From: Nymphaea colorata | Lineage: Eukaryota | Assembly (NCBI RefSeq): GCF_008831285.2 | Contig: NC_045138.2 | Location: forward strand, 20,274,001-20,338,000 | DNA: 64,000 bases | Direction of reading: 5' to 3' | In this document: piece after piece, positions 25,329 to 37,818 of the stretch | Layout: each line of letters starts with the position of its first letter | How positions within the stretch are numbered: the stretch's first letter is position 1 | Program-made: the position numbers and the translations under genes | The notes under the pieces: generated by a model | Databases searched by the model: none | The model's input: the letters and a program-made list of their open reading frames with translations, nothing else | Told to the model about the DNA's origin: nothing

Positions 25329-27899
25329 ACGGTATCCCAACTTGGTTGTCACTCTGGTCCTTTTCCTGTGTGTCAAGGCATGCGTCTCTACCTTCTGCTA
25401 ACCTACAACAAGCAGCTGCCACGAAAGGACTAGACACGAGAAAGCTGAGGACTATTCGGTGCAAAGATTATGTCATATAAAAGTTGCTTTCTTTCTTTTC
25501 CTGGTTTGGTTCCTCGATGGTTGGAGGCAAGTCTTACAATTCGAGGGAAAATGAGAGTTGATTCTTTTAAAAGGAATTCTTTTGGTTTAGATTGTCTAGT
25601 TTTGCAAGATCAGTTGCCGCTAAGGCAAGAGAAGGGAACTTTTTCGTATGAGTATTATTTTGCATGGCATTAACATATTGAGGTACAGAGCACGACAGCC
25701 GATGCAATCTAAAACTGACACATTCCCGACTGATAGCACACGGGTGTGACATATCGGTGACCAACTTGCCTAAAAATAGATGCATTAAAATATAACATCT
25801 GTTATATTGTTTTATGAATCTGTTCTTATTTTTCAAGATAGATTTGTGGATTCGTGGGACAGCAATTATATGTTACTATTGTCAAATGGTTCCTTGGTAA
25901 AGGGCTGACAGTTTCTTCAAAAAAGTTAAAATAATTATTTGAGCGGGCAATTTAGTTATTTTATTATTATTTTAATATTTTGTATTGAGAATTGAAAAGC
26001 ATTGTTTGACAATAGAGGAGAAAATTGAGTGCGTATTTGATGTTCCTCACAAGGAGGAGTGAGTTTTCCTTCGCCCATTTGTTCGGCGGTCTTTTTTGTT
26101 CTTTAAAGGGACATAACAACTGATTAAGAACGCATATCAGATTAAATTTTAGGAAATGACCTTTATATATTTTTACTAACAAAATTAATTAAATAATAAT
26201 GTAAGTTAATATTTTTGTGGTTCCGTGAACCATATCAGATATGAAATTAATAACTATGCTTTTAGATGAGCTTTTCATTCTTTATTATAACTTCTTCAAA
26301 CTTCCTCACTCCTTCCTTTCGAATACAAGTCTCTAAGGCATCCTCATCGATTATTTACTCATGTATTAAAGAGAACAAGAAAAATACTTAGTACTTAGTA
26401 GGTGTGTTGTTGGAGTCATAAAAAGGGATGAATGGAGACTTAAAAACGAGTATAACAACAACCTTCAAACCCTTTGTCTGGGTGGTCAGTTCTTAACATC
26501 CAAATAGGATTTGAGGTCACATTCAGTTGTAAATTTAAAAGTACATTTTGCATTAAATTTAGCTGTGAATTCAAAAGTCAGATTAAGATATATCTAGGCT
26601 TTTCTCCAATTGCATTCAAATCTGAATGTGTAAATATCTGGTAAATCAGATATGATAAATGGTAAAATCTGATTTGAATAAGATCCATTAACATTCCTAT
26701 ACGAACCTAATGTTAAACAAAAGAAATACAAACTACAAACTTTTACTGCCCTATGGATCTGCACCAAAAACTAGAATAAATTTCCGAAGTACTGTGTTAT
26801 TGTATTCCATGAGACAGTTACAATCAGTCACAAAGTTGAAACCCACGTCTACGTCGAACGGTGCTCGAAAACTGGAACTCAGTCAGGCCTAGATTCAATG
26901 TAGGCCTGATTTGGCACTGTTAGGCTGACACATGCTGATCCACATCACATTGAATCAGATGTGGGGCAAGTGAGGGAAATTAAGCAGCTTGATGCTGTGC
27001 GCCCAGGCATGCTACACCGCGTTCCTCATTTATTGTTCAACAAATCTCTTCTCCAAAAGAAGACGTTCAACGATTTCCCGCTTCTATATCGGGCTGCACC
27101 TGCAACGCTGCTGCCCATTGCTCTCTTTTCAATATAGCAGCTATGGAGAGCTGTCAAACTCTCTCTCTCTCTGTGCTGCTCTCTCAGCTTTTATTAGATG
27201 AGGAAGCAATAAAAGGTGGTGTACAGAGAGTCCTCAACACATAAATTCACAAGGCAGGCCATTATCAAATCAATGTGGTTGATGCTGCCTCTCCCAGGAC
27301 TGGCAGTGACCACTCATCTTCTTAAATGAGTTCATAATGAGAACCAGTGGCTCAAATCTTGCTGTGGGTAGCTCTGGTTTAGCTCAGAAATCTTGAAATG
27401 AGTGGAAGCGAGGCGCTAAATTTACCTGAAGCTGCAGGCCATGGCCTTCTGCTTTTGAATGCAGAGCAGTTGGAAAGAAACACGTTACATTTAAAATACA
27501 GAGACATGGTAGAAGCAGAAGAACGAAATGAAAGAAACAACAGTTGTGATGAAGTTAATTTCATGACATAAAGAAAGCAGATCCTTTTTTTGGGTACATA
27601 ACTGAAGTTTTGAAAATGCCATGTTTGGTTCTTCTGCTAAATCAGTTTTTGAAAATCTCAAGTCACAATCCCGAGGGATTTTAAAAAAAAAAAATGCATG
27701 TAAAAGGGTCGAATTTGATGTTGAATGGAATTTCAATTCTTGGATGTTACAATACCGTTCCGTTTTAAGACCACTTCTCAGTTTTGAAATCAAGGTGAAC
27801 TTGGTAGAACTAGATCTTTTTTCAATGAGTGTGTTTGTTTCACCACATAAATCACGGGCCGACTTTTTCAAACCTATTTGGCCAGTATAGCGCTCAAAG

Positions 27900-28250
27900 T
27901 TCCCAAGCTTTTGGCCAGCTTCATTAATCTTTTGGAACCATGGACTAGATCAAGAGTGCTAGACACTCGGCACACCATCACCTAAGATTATCCCACAATA
28001 GACTATTCGCAAGCCATAGTCACGAGGCTCTGTCAAAACACATTCATTCCTCCAAACGCCTATCTACTTTTATAAAAATTCTATCTTGAGGTAAACTTTC
28101 TTTGGAAGGAAGTCTCTAACCAAAGTCAGTTGCCAACTAGATATCATTAAAGAAGGCGACCGACCATCACCATACTCGATGACAAACTTTCACTTGCTCG
28201 CCCCCACACTACTCTATGCAGTTGTTGTGAACATATTCTATGCGTCCACC
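27900..28250 (-). mobile_element. possible degenerate LINE (L1) fragment
   Basis: The minus strand gives GDG-R/VAFFNDI*L across a frameshift (about 28175-28135), resembling the plant L1 GxG..T.FW.D.W motif. Only one motif is seen and the boundaries are uncertain. Confidence 0.3.
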
Positions 28251-29034
28251 ACCGAAAGAATTAACCTTAACCCGTACATTTAAGGTCCAACCCTTTTCAT
28301 CGAACCAGGTTTTCTACACTTATTTCCACAAAGATGACATTTACAATGCACACCTTTTAATGCGAAATATTTTTTTAAATCATGATTCCCTAATTTTCAT
28401 TCTTCAATCAAAATTCCCAAACACCTCCTAAAAAATTGTCTTAAATTTTTATTTTAACTTTATGTCGAACACATTCAAGCAAGGGCGTATTAATCTTATA
28501 ATTTCAAAGCCCTTAATTTACCTAAGAAAAGTCACGGAATGTCATCTAGACATCCAAATGAACCCGTTCTAAAGGTTGTTCCTAAAACCCTTTTTAACCA
28601 GAAAAGCACATACACAACGATGTATCGTTAATTTCCACATTTAAAATAACGTTTATAAATTTTAAATTTATCCTGGCGCAAGTTTTCTTACAAGTAGAAG
28701 ATTCTGTATTTATGGATGATGGTAGGTGGCTCGGGTCCGGACAAACATCTGAGTCCGGGTTCTGACCTGATCGGGTCTGACCCGGGCAGCTACACGTGCA
28801 TGTCAGATCTGACATTGCACACGGGTTGGACAATGGTCCCCTTCTTTCCCGAACCAGTTCGGGTTTTGCTTTTAATAAAATAGTAATAATTTCATCAATT
28901 TATTTTTATACATAATTTTGGCTGTGAAAAACTATTGTAGAACTTCCCATTGAGCCTGAAATATTTAAGTTTATTTATACAATCAATTTTTAAATATGGG
29001 GTTTTTCCTTAAAAAAGTTTGACTTGTATTTAAT

Positions 29035-29420
29035 TAGGGCTGAGCATTAAGCCGGCCCGGCCCGATTCACAGTTTAGTCAAAGCCCAACCATCAAAGTTC
29101 AGGCCGGAGTTCGACTCGGTCTGACCCAATTTTAAAATATTTAAAATATATAAGTTTAATGTATATACATATTTATAATGAAAATATATAAAAATATAAT
29201 AAAAATAATTATATACCAATCCAAAGTCGGATGAAGGCCCACCCACAGCCCAGTCCAAACCCAATCATCGAGGACCAGCCCTGGGTTCGTCTCGGTCTAA
29301 CCCAATTTTGAAATATTTAAAACTATATATTTAATATATATAAATATATTTATAATGAAAATGTACAAAAATATAAAAAAAATTATATATATATATATAT
29401 ATATTAGTGCCCAGGACCAG
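29035..29420. mobile_element. truncated hAT-type MITE (family C) with internal duplication of about 110 bp
   Basis: Starts TAGGGCTGAGCAT followed by GCCCGG motifs; the AT-rich core occurs twice (about 29106 and about 29283); related to the element at 48414. Confidence 0.55.
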
Positions 29421-29660
29421 CCTGTCCCCCACTCTTTTTAAGTGTAACCCTCAACTTACATGCCAACTTTGGTAGTGTGATGTTTCAGAGACTTCATCAG
29501 AAACAATTTAATAGGATTTATGTAACATCAAAATGGTATTTAAACCGTTGATCCTAGTAATCCTTATTTAGAACCCATCATAAATAGAGTTTTCGGATGT
29601 ATTAAAAATAAATAAGACTAACTGCACACTTGCCATTACATTTTGTGTTTGATGCCCAAC

Positions 29661-30084
29661 TAGGGCTGCACAACCAGTTGAGCTAACTTGGGCTCGACTC
29701 TCTTGAAAAAATTTGGCTCATGCTCGACTCGTTTATAAATAAGCCGAGTTCGAGCTTACAAAGATACTCAAAATAATAAAGGAGTCGAGTTTGAGTTTTA
29801 GGAACTCGACTTGTTTGTACTCGACTCGACTCGCAAACTGGTACTCTATATAATACTGCAATTCACTGGTTTTAATTTTGAGGGTAAAAACAAATTTTAA
29901 CAAGTTACACGAGTTAGAGTTTTATGAGTTAAAACTTACATGAGTTGAACAAGTTAACCTCAAACGGCTCAACACCTACTAAACGAATTAAATGGGTTAA
30001 ACGAGTCGAGTTTGATCTCGAGCTGAGTTTTTTGAGCCGAGTCGAGCTCGAGCTGGCCCTCGACTCGGCTCATGTGCAGCCCTA
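29661..30084. mobile_element. hAT-type MITE (family B)
   Basis: Perfect 12-bp TIR TAGGGCTGCACA ... TGTGCAGCCCTA; 8-bp TSD TGCCCAAC / TGCCTAAC (7/8 match); interior rich in CTCGA/TCGAG motifs. Confidence 0.88.
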
Positions 30085-31310
30085 TGCCTAACAACGAGAG
30101 AACCAAACGTTACCTCAATATGTGGCTCAGGGTTCACTTAATTTGATACATTGGTTCATCCACTTATACTACTTGCTGGGGCTTCAAATGCACCTGATCT
30201 AGTACATTATGAGTGTTATATTAGCTGCTTACCAATGAACTTTAACTCGTGGGCTAGACTCCTGAGAACGGGGGGTAATATATATGTATATATATAAAAT
30301 AATAATAATAATAAAAGTTTTTCTTGTTATAATATTGCATATTTTATAAAACAGACAAAACTAAAGTCCACCTCCAACCTGCTCTTTTGTAGCCCGCATT
30401 TTATGTCTTTGAGTTGTTTTTTTTTTCCTTCTCTAAGGGTTTTTCCCGTTTAAGCCTGGAAAGTTGAGGGCAAGTTTTTTTTTTTTTATTTTTTTATTAA
30501 GGTGTGTTTAATAGTTTTGTATTTTATATCTGAACTAAAATCCATTGATCATATATGAAAAAGAAGATTTGAGATTTTCAGTTTGATCAAAACACTATAT
30601 TTCACGAATAACTTTCAATTATTTCAAATCACATCGGATCTTAAATCTAAAAATATCAAACACCCATTAGAATTTTCATAATCTCCAATAACAAAAAATC
30701 ATTCCAATCGTATTTGTTCAATTTGTTTTCATTTCCAGCTTATTTCACCGTTAATCCCTTGAAAGTTCTTTTTATATATATATATAAAACTTTCTTTCTC
30801 TACCGTTCCAAAAACCAATTTGAAATTCGAAGCTTCAACTTTCCGGCGAAAATCTGCTCCGTCGTTTTCGAATTCGAAGCCTAAATAAAGGCACCCGTCG
30901 CTGTCTGGCAACTATGCTTTCTTTTTGAAAGATAATAATAAACAAACCGGTTTCTGCCCCTACACTTTTCCTTTGGCCGCTTCAAGTAACGTTAAACAAC
31001 AAAAATAAAACATTTTTTTTGCAAAGTAGGCTTGTTTATGTCATTTCGATAATATTCACCCGTTTCATGTCCACATTCTTGTGAGAATACTTCAATTAAT
31101 ACTGGGGTGTTGTTATACGTCAAGGCATTGAACGAGAGAGAGCGCACGTCAAAAACAAGGCGAGTGGTCTTCGCCTGCCACGTTGAGAACAATTTCAGAT
31201 GCGGAAAGAGACCACGAAAGGGCGATGAGGATTCGCGGGGCTTGACCTTTGGGTTTTGTCCGTTTTAAGTCTGGTCGGGTTGGGAGAGAGCGGGGATGGA
31301 AGGGGCCGTA

Positions 31311-31333
31311 CGCGTGCGTTTTTGTCACGTGAC
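31311..31333. promoter_or_regulatory. G-box palindrome and CGCG box upstream of the SINA 5' exon
   Basis: GTCACGTGAC at 31324-31333 and CGCGTG at 31311, in a GC-rich patch before CT-rich leader sequence. Confidence 0.4.
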
Positions 31334-31529
31334 GAGAGAGAGAGAGAAGGGGAGGAGCCGCGGCGCCGGCGATCCGCGAGGTGTTGGCGAAACTACCCTC
31401 GAGGAAATGGAGAAATGACGGGGGGTTGGAGAGGAAGGGGGGCCCTCCTGGCTTCCTTCCTTTCTTCTCTCCTATTAAGTCGGGGGGATGGGGATGCAGA
31501 GGGAGGCTTTTTTTAACAGGGAAGGACTT

Positions 31530-31722
31530 TCTCTCTCCTTCCCTCTCTCTCTCTCTCTCCCCCTCCCTCCATTGTCGCTCTCGACAGCCATCCATTCATT
31601 GGCATCCCCTGTTTCTTTCCGCGAATTTCCTTTAATGCCCTTCACCGTCACCGCAATTAGAAGCTTCCCTCTCAATCTCCCCCTTTCTCACCCTTCTCTC
31701 TCTCGGACAAGGGACATTTCTT

Positions 31723-31756
<34 letters not shown>

Positions 31757-31776
31757 GCCCATGGGGATGAACTTCG
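31530..31776 (+). other. probable non-coding first exon (5' leader) of the SINA gene; start approximate
   Basis: CT-rich leader followed by the donor CG|GTGAGT at 31777 (a second copy at 31789) and a T-rich intron; candidate acceptor catgcAG at 34528, 105 nt before the SINA ATG. Confidence 0.55.
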
Positions 31777-34633
31777 GTGAGTTTGGCGGTGAGTTTTTGC
31801 TTTTTTCCTTTTGCTTTAGTTTCCAATTTTTCGAGGCTTGTGTTGGAGGATTGATAAGCCTAGACGCGTCTTTTTTTTTTTTCCAAATTTTTCTGTTCAT
31901 TTTTTGTTTTTTCAAAGTAATTAAACGTGAATGATGGGAGTTTTGCTCGGTTCGTTTTCCTGTAAAATGGTCCAAGATTTTTATCTTTTTTTTTTTATTC
32001 TATTTGAGTGTGCCTGGTGTTGTTGTATTCTAGCGCGAATTTGGGATGATATTTTGATTGGGAGTCGAAACCTTCATGCCGACTTCGTTTTCTGTTTAGT
32101 CGGTCATTTTGGTTTAACGCATTTGTGAAGCATTATAATCTTTTACGCGATGGTTTCTTTTTTCTGAACGTTATTCTTGTGGCTGGTTCAGACGTCCTTT
32201 TGGTTTTGGGTACTCAATTTTCGTGAATTGTCCGTGCAAATCGGGCTTGTATTTGAGTTTTTGTTTCCTGGATGACTGTCGGTTCTACGGCTGTAATATG
32301 TTGTCCTTCCATTTGGGGACTTCTCTTTTGAGCTAGACCTTTTTTACCTGACTGCTTTCATAAATGGGCATTATTCATTTATTGCAGGAAGTTATTCAAT
32401 CCGTTCATTCTTTCTAACATCATGATTTTATCTCTTCTTCCATGTCGGTATATATTTCATGTTGAGGTGCTTAAACTTGGAGGATTATATAAAGTTGTGG
32501 TTTTGGTGGGATGGAGAACTTACAGATGTTAAGCCCAAAAAATACTGCATCGTGTCCATGTAACGCCTTGTATTTTTATTATAAAAATTATGGATAATGA
32601 ATTTTTTTAGTTTTTTGTGCCGTTATTTGACATGATAAGGTCTTATGGAATTGCCAAAAGGATGTTTCAGACCTGTTGGAGGTTCATAGGAGCTTTTTCA
32701 GGGTCACGAACTGATAGCTCCTTGATATAATTTTTGTTTTTCAGCTTACCTTATTTGGCCCCAGTACGTTTCAGTTTTCAATGTTTTCAATTCTTCTTGA
32801 TATAAGTGCACATAGTTAACCGTATAATTTGTGTATTGTCTTCTTTTATGTTTCTTTGTTTTGTTCTGATGAAAACCCATAAGATAGATTCTATCATCTT
32901 TTCTTATTTGGCTCCCATAAGTTTTTGTTTACAATATTTCTGGAAATTGATACGAGTGGATTTAGTTAACCGTAGGACTTTTGCAGTATCTTCTTTTATG
33001 CTCCTCTTTCTTGTTCAGATGTACACCTATAAGATTCTGTCAAAAACGTTTCCTGTTCAGTTCAAACTCAGACCTGCAATATTCTGCCAAAAGACAGTTA
33101 CTTAAGATGTTTGTTTAAGTGTTTCCTCTTCAAACCAAATTTGGGAAACTCACATGTTTAGAATTCAAATAGCACAATTTCTGCATGCCATCTAGCAAAT
33201 GTTACACGGATGTGAAAAGGTACCCATACAAAGTAAGTTTTCTTGTCAGATGCACTTAGTCATGTAGCTCACCTTGTAGCCTGCTCTTCTTCTCTATGTG
33301 CCATGTAAATGTTGAATTCATTGCTCCAACACAAAATTATTCCCTTGTATCTTTCCACTTTGTTTATAAACCTAAGGAATTTTCATACCTGATTTTTCTA
33401 TACAAGTTAGAACTATGTCTTCAATCATGTTGAGGTCAAATCTGGAAAATAAAATATTAATCCAGTTACAAGATGTGAAAAAAAAAAACCTTAAATCTGG
33501 GCATTTTTTCCCGAATGACTTGTCCAAAGACATTGATAAGGCAAATCCTTGTAATCTTGGATGGGAGATCCAAGGAAAGAAAAGAGTCTAGAGAGGAATA
33601 TTCCTTTAGGGTGTGTAAAAGATATGTTTATGTGATCTCCACTTAGAGGGAGTGTAAAGGATAGCATGTTTTGAAACCCTTTAGGGCGTGTTTGGATGCA
33701 TGAAAAGCATTTTGGAGGTAAAACTCTGTTTTTGAAAATTTGGTTTTTCAACTCGTCGTCCAACTTTTGCCTTTTCTAATTTTTCTTTGAACATTACCGT
33801 ATGTCATCAACTTCCGTTATCCACAATTTTGAAAGTTTTTGTAATGATAATAAAAGGTTAGCATCTTATGCTGGTCGTGTTCTTCTGTGATGTTCAGTGC
33901 ATAATTACCTCGAGTTTTCTTGATATGACCTATTCACGGTCTGTCTGGTGCTCTTGGTTTTGTGTATCTGGCATGATAATGATTGGAGATATTATGGATG
34001 CAGAAATTTTATTTAGTGATGTGTCATCAGATCTGTTGACATATATGAGTTCGCATGTAATGTAGATCACTGTGAAGTAGACCAAATTTTTTATCTGAGT
34101 GATGCTTTTCTTCTCCTGTGGTTTCAATTGTTTTAATCTTTTGTTCTGGTCTTTCAACATAAACTTTCTGGGTGGTGGTGTCCATTGCTAGAATTGTGGC
34201 TTAAGCTTGTCTTCAACTAGTTAGTCCCGTCTGATTAGATCCGAAGTTTTATAGCAGATGAAAAGTGCATTTTGCTGGTGTCGCTTCGTAATCATATGTC
34301 TGCCGTTCCAATTGTAAAATCTCTCTCTCTCTCTCTCTAATCCAAGCACCGTCTGGTGCATATTTACGTTTACACTTTTTCTGTAACTTTATTAGCTAAA
34401 AAATTTTCATGCTATGTACATGACTGGTAAGCGGTTTCTTCTGCTTAAGAGCATGCTCTGGTCCTATTTATAGGCTAACCATATGAAATCCTACTAATCT
34501 AATTTATGCATTTTCCTAAAACATGCAGATATTCTTAGAGGATTCTGCCCATGACTTTTTACATTCTATCTGGAGGCTGGAAGCAGAAAAGTAGCAGAAA
34601 ATTTGCCACTTATTAAAAAGTGGTCTTGCCTAC

Positions 34634-35799
34634 ATGAGCCATCTCATACCAGGGAAGAAGCAGAGGAAAAGTAGCTTCAGCTTTCCTGTGTCTAGTTGTA
34701 TGGATGAATCGCCCTCCTTGCCAGTGGGCTCTGATTCTTCAGTTGGGTCAAGTGAACCCTCTTTTGTTGCACCCCAGAAGACACCAAATATACGAGAGCC
34801 TGTTATTCTGCCAAACAGTGACATCGATGGACTTCTGGAGTGTCCCGTTTGTAGTAACTCAATGTACCCACCAATACAACAGGTTTATTCCTTGTCTTCC
34901 ATTTAGCTTAAACTGTTAAAACAAAGCTTTTGAATGCGATAAAATAGGAAGTAGAAGATGTTCCTTTCTAGATGAGATGATTCTCTGCCTAGGCAGGGCT
35001 CTTATGTGGTGAGTTGCATATCCTGTGCTACACTTTCACCTAGCTTTCCGAAGCAACTATGGAACCCTTCGGGATTCCCCTGAATCACCTTTCCTTTTGA
35101 TTTTTCAAAGTTGAAATGACTAATGAAAACTGCCATCTTTGTAAGACATAATTCTACTGTTGCTTAATGAAAGCAAATGACTTGTTAGTTGGGTGGAGGA
35201 AGAGGAAGAAAAGGTCAGACATATCGTGGATAGTTTATAGCCTTATGGATAGTTGGATGTTTTCAGATGGAAATAGTTAATACTCATGAATGTTTAATCT
35301 ATCTATGTAAAAGACAACCATCCACAAAATCTTATTTGTCTGGGGTTGGCATGCATGGAACTGCTATTAGTAGTCTGAATTTATGACAGGTTATTTTCAA
35401 TCACTTCATATTGTCCTTTTGGTTTGTAAAGTTTGATCTTATTTAGTTATTTTTGTTCAGAAAGAAAAACTGTTTATATGGCCGTAGAGAGGGCCTTCTA
35501 TTGTGATTAGTTAAGCTTTAGTAATGGCAGAGCCACAAGGATTTTCGTCATGTTGCTCAGGAGGAGGACGAAATATCTAAAGCTTGATCACATTCCACCG
35601 TTGCTATTGAGGTTTTAAACCCTGGGATTCTTGACTCAACTTGGAGCAGGTTGACTCGTGACTTGTCAGGTCAAGTCTGTATCAGCCTGGTTTTGACAAC
35701 TTGATTTCACAGAAATTACATTTATATATGTATATTGCAATGCATATAATTCATTATAACACCGCTATGTTATATATAATATGTATAATAAATTGGTAA

Positions 35800-35891
<92 letters not shown>

Positions 35892-37057
35892 GCAACTCTT
35901 GTTTTAATGTATTTTCTGTAGTCATATTATTCTCACATGTATTGTATGTAATGATATAGTGAAATTTATTTTTATATATATGTATACCTGTATAGTTTGC
36001 TTCCTAAATCTTCTGTATGTATGTTAATGATTGATCACATGCTTTTGCAGTGTCCAAGCGGTCACACGCTCTGTTTTGATTGCAAATCTAGGGTGAATAA
36101 CAGATGCCCTATTTGTAGAAAGGAAATTGGTAACATCAGATGCCTAGCATTGGAAAAACTGGCAGCTTCTCTTCTTCTACCTTGCGCATATCATCAATTG
36201 GGTTGTGAAGAGATGTTCCCTTATTACAGTAAGGTAAAGCATGAGGCTCGATGTGTTTTTCGACCCTATAGCTGTCCCCATCCGGGTTCAGATTGTTCGT
36301 TCACTGGTGATGTGCCTTCACTGGTGGAACATCTAAGGTTATCTCACAAGGTGGATCTTCAGAATGGTTGCACCTTCAATCATCGGTATGTGAAACAGGA
36401 CCCCTGTTCAGTGGACAACGTTTCTTGGACATTAACTGTAAGTTCTCCTTGCCCTTTAAGAACCATTTTCCATGATAGATAGCAACATCATTGGTTCGGA
36501 AGCTGAGCAACATATTTCTTGGTCCCAACTACATGAATAATTTAGAGAAACGCTGGAACCGGGATTGCTGATAATCTGCCTTGAACGAACTTGAAGTCTT
36601 GAACTGTCTTGAGTCGCTTCCATGGCTTTGTTCACACTGTTTTTCTGTTGCTAATTGTTATTCTAATCTACCCAAATAGCCGGAGAAAGAATCTCTTTTC
36701 CATTTTCCTGAGTTTCATCTTTTTAAATTGTTTCAGCTGTTCAACTGCTTTGGCCACTTCTTCTGTCTACACTTTGAAGCGTTCCGACTGGGTGCTGAAC
36801 CTGTATACATGGCTTTCCTCCAATTTTTGGGTGAGGACTCTGATGCCAGAAAATTTGGCTACTGCCTTGAGGTTGGTGGAAATGGACGGAAACTGACATG
36901 GCATGGTGTGCCGAGGAGCATCAGAGATGATCACCGGAAGGTTCGCGATAGTCATGATGGGCTCATAATCCAGAGAAGCTTGGCTCTCTACTTCTCTGGC
37001 GGTGACAGAAAGGAGTTAAAACTCAGGGTCACTGGCAAGATATGGAAGGAGATCTGA
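34634..37057 (+). CDS. SINAT: SINA/SINAT (seven in absentia) RING E3 ubiquitin ligase, 3 coding exons, 318 aa
   Basis: Exons 34634-34882, 36051-36437, 36737-37057 (957 nt, GT-AG). C3HC4 RING (LECPVC...QCPSGHTLCFDC...CPIC), IRCLALEK, SIAH zinc fingers, FNHRYVK, FCLHFEAF, GVPRSIRD..KVRDSHDGLII, LKLRVTGKIWKE. Confidence 0.94.
35803..35888. repeat. (AT)n microsatellite in SINA intron
   Basis: Perfect AT run. Confidence 0.96.
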
Positions 37058-37502
37058 AGCGCTTTTAAAATTGACAGAAAGCGGCAAAACTCCAAAAAGA
37101 TTGTTTAATATGTAAATCTGTAATTCTATCTCCATTCTTTAAATGAAAGAAGAATGGTCCTGTTTCCCCCTTCGTGAGTTTTTCAACTTAACTTTGTGGA
37201 TTAGAGTTCACTGCAAATGCAAATTCAGGCTCACCCATCCAGACGAAACATATGGTCTGACTGCCAGCAGTAGTGAGATTGGCCATTCTTTTCTTGGCGA
37301 CGAATGTTTCACCCCTGCTGGCCATGACTAGGAAGTGGGGAAAATGGCTCAAATGGTGGATGTTAAGCCTCAGCTTCTTTCCTCAGAACACCCTCTCAGC
37401 CTCTTCTAGCTTCTTTTGAAAAAGGTGATTTGCACTCTTATCTTATTAGGGAATTTTTGGGGGCACACTTAAAGGTCTACATATGAAAACTTACAAAAGC
37501 AT

Positions 37503-37818
37503 GCTTAAGTTTTGATGTACTAGCAGAAACAGCTTAAGTTTTAATGTAATAACAGAAACAGATCAAGTTTTGATGTAATAACAGAAACAGCTCAAGTTTT
37601 GATTTCTTTCATTAACTTCTCAGGGTACACGAGAAACATGCGGTTAAATTAAATAAATTGGAGCTGAAGGCACATTCTTGTGTAAATGTAATAACAGAAA
37701 CAGATCAAGTTTTGATGTAATAACAGAAACAGCTCAAGTTTTGATTTCTTTCATTAACTTCTCAGGGTACACGAGAAACATGCGGTTAAATGAAATAAAT
37801 TGGAGCTGAAGGCACATT
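37503..37818. repeat. 29-bp minisatellite nested in a 142-bp tandem duplication
   Basis: Units like gctcaagttttgatgtaataacagaaaca at 37503, 37532, 37561 and 37590; the block from about 37543 is repeated 142 bp later. Confidence 0.9.
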
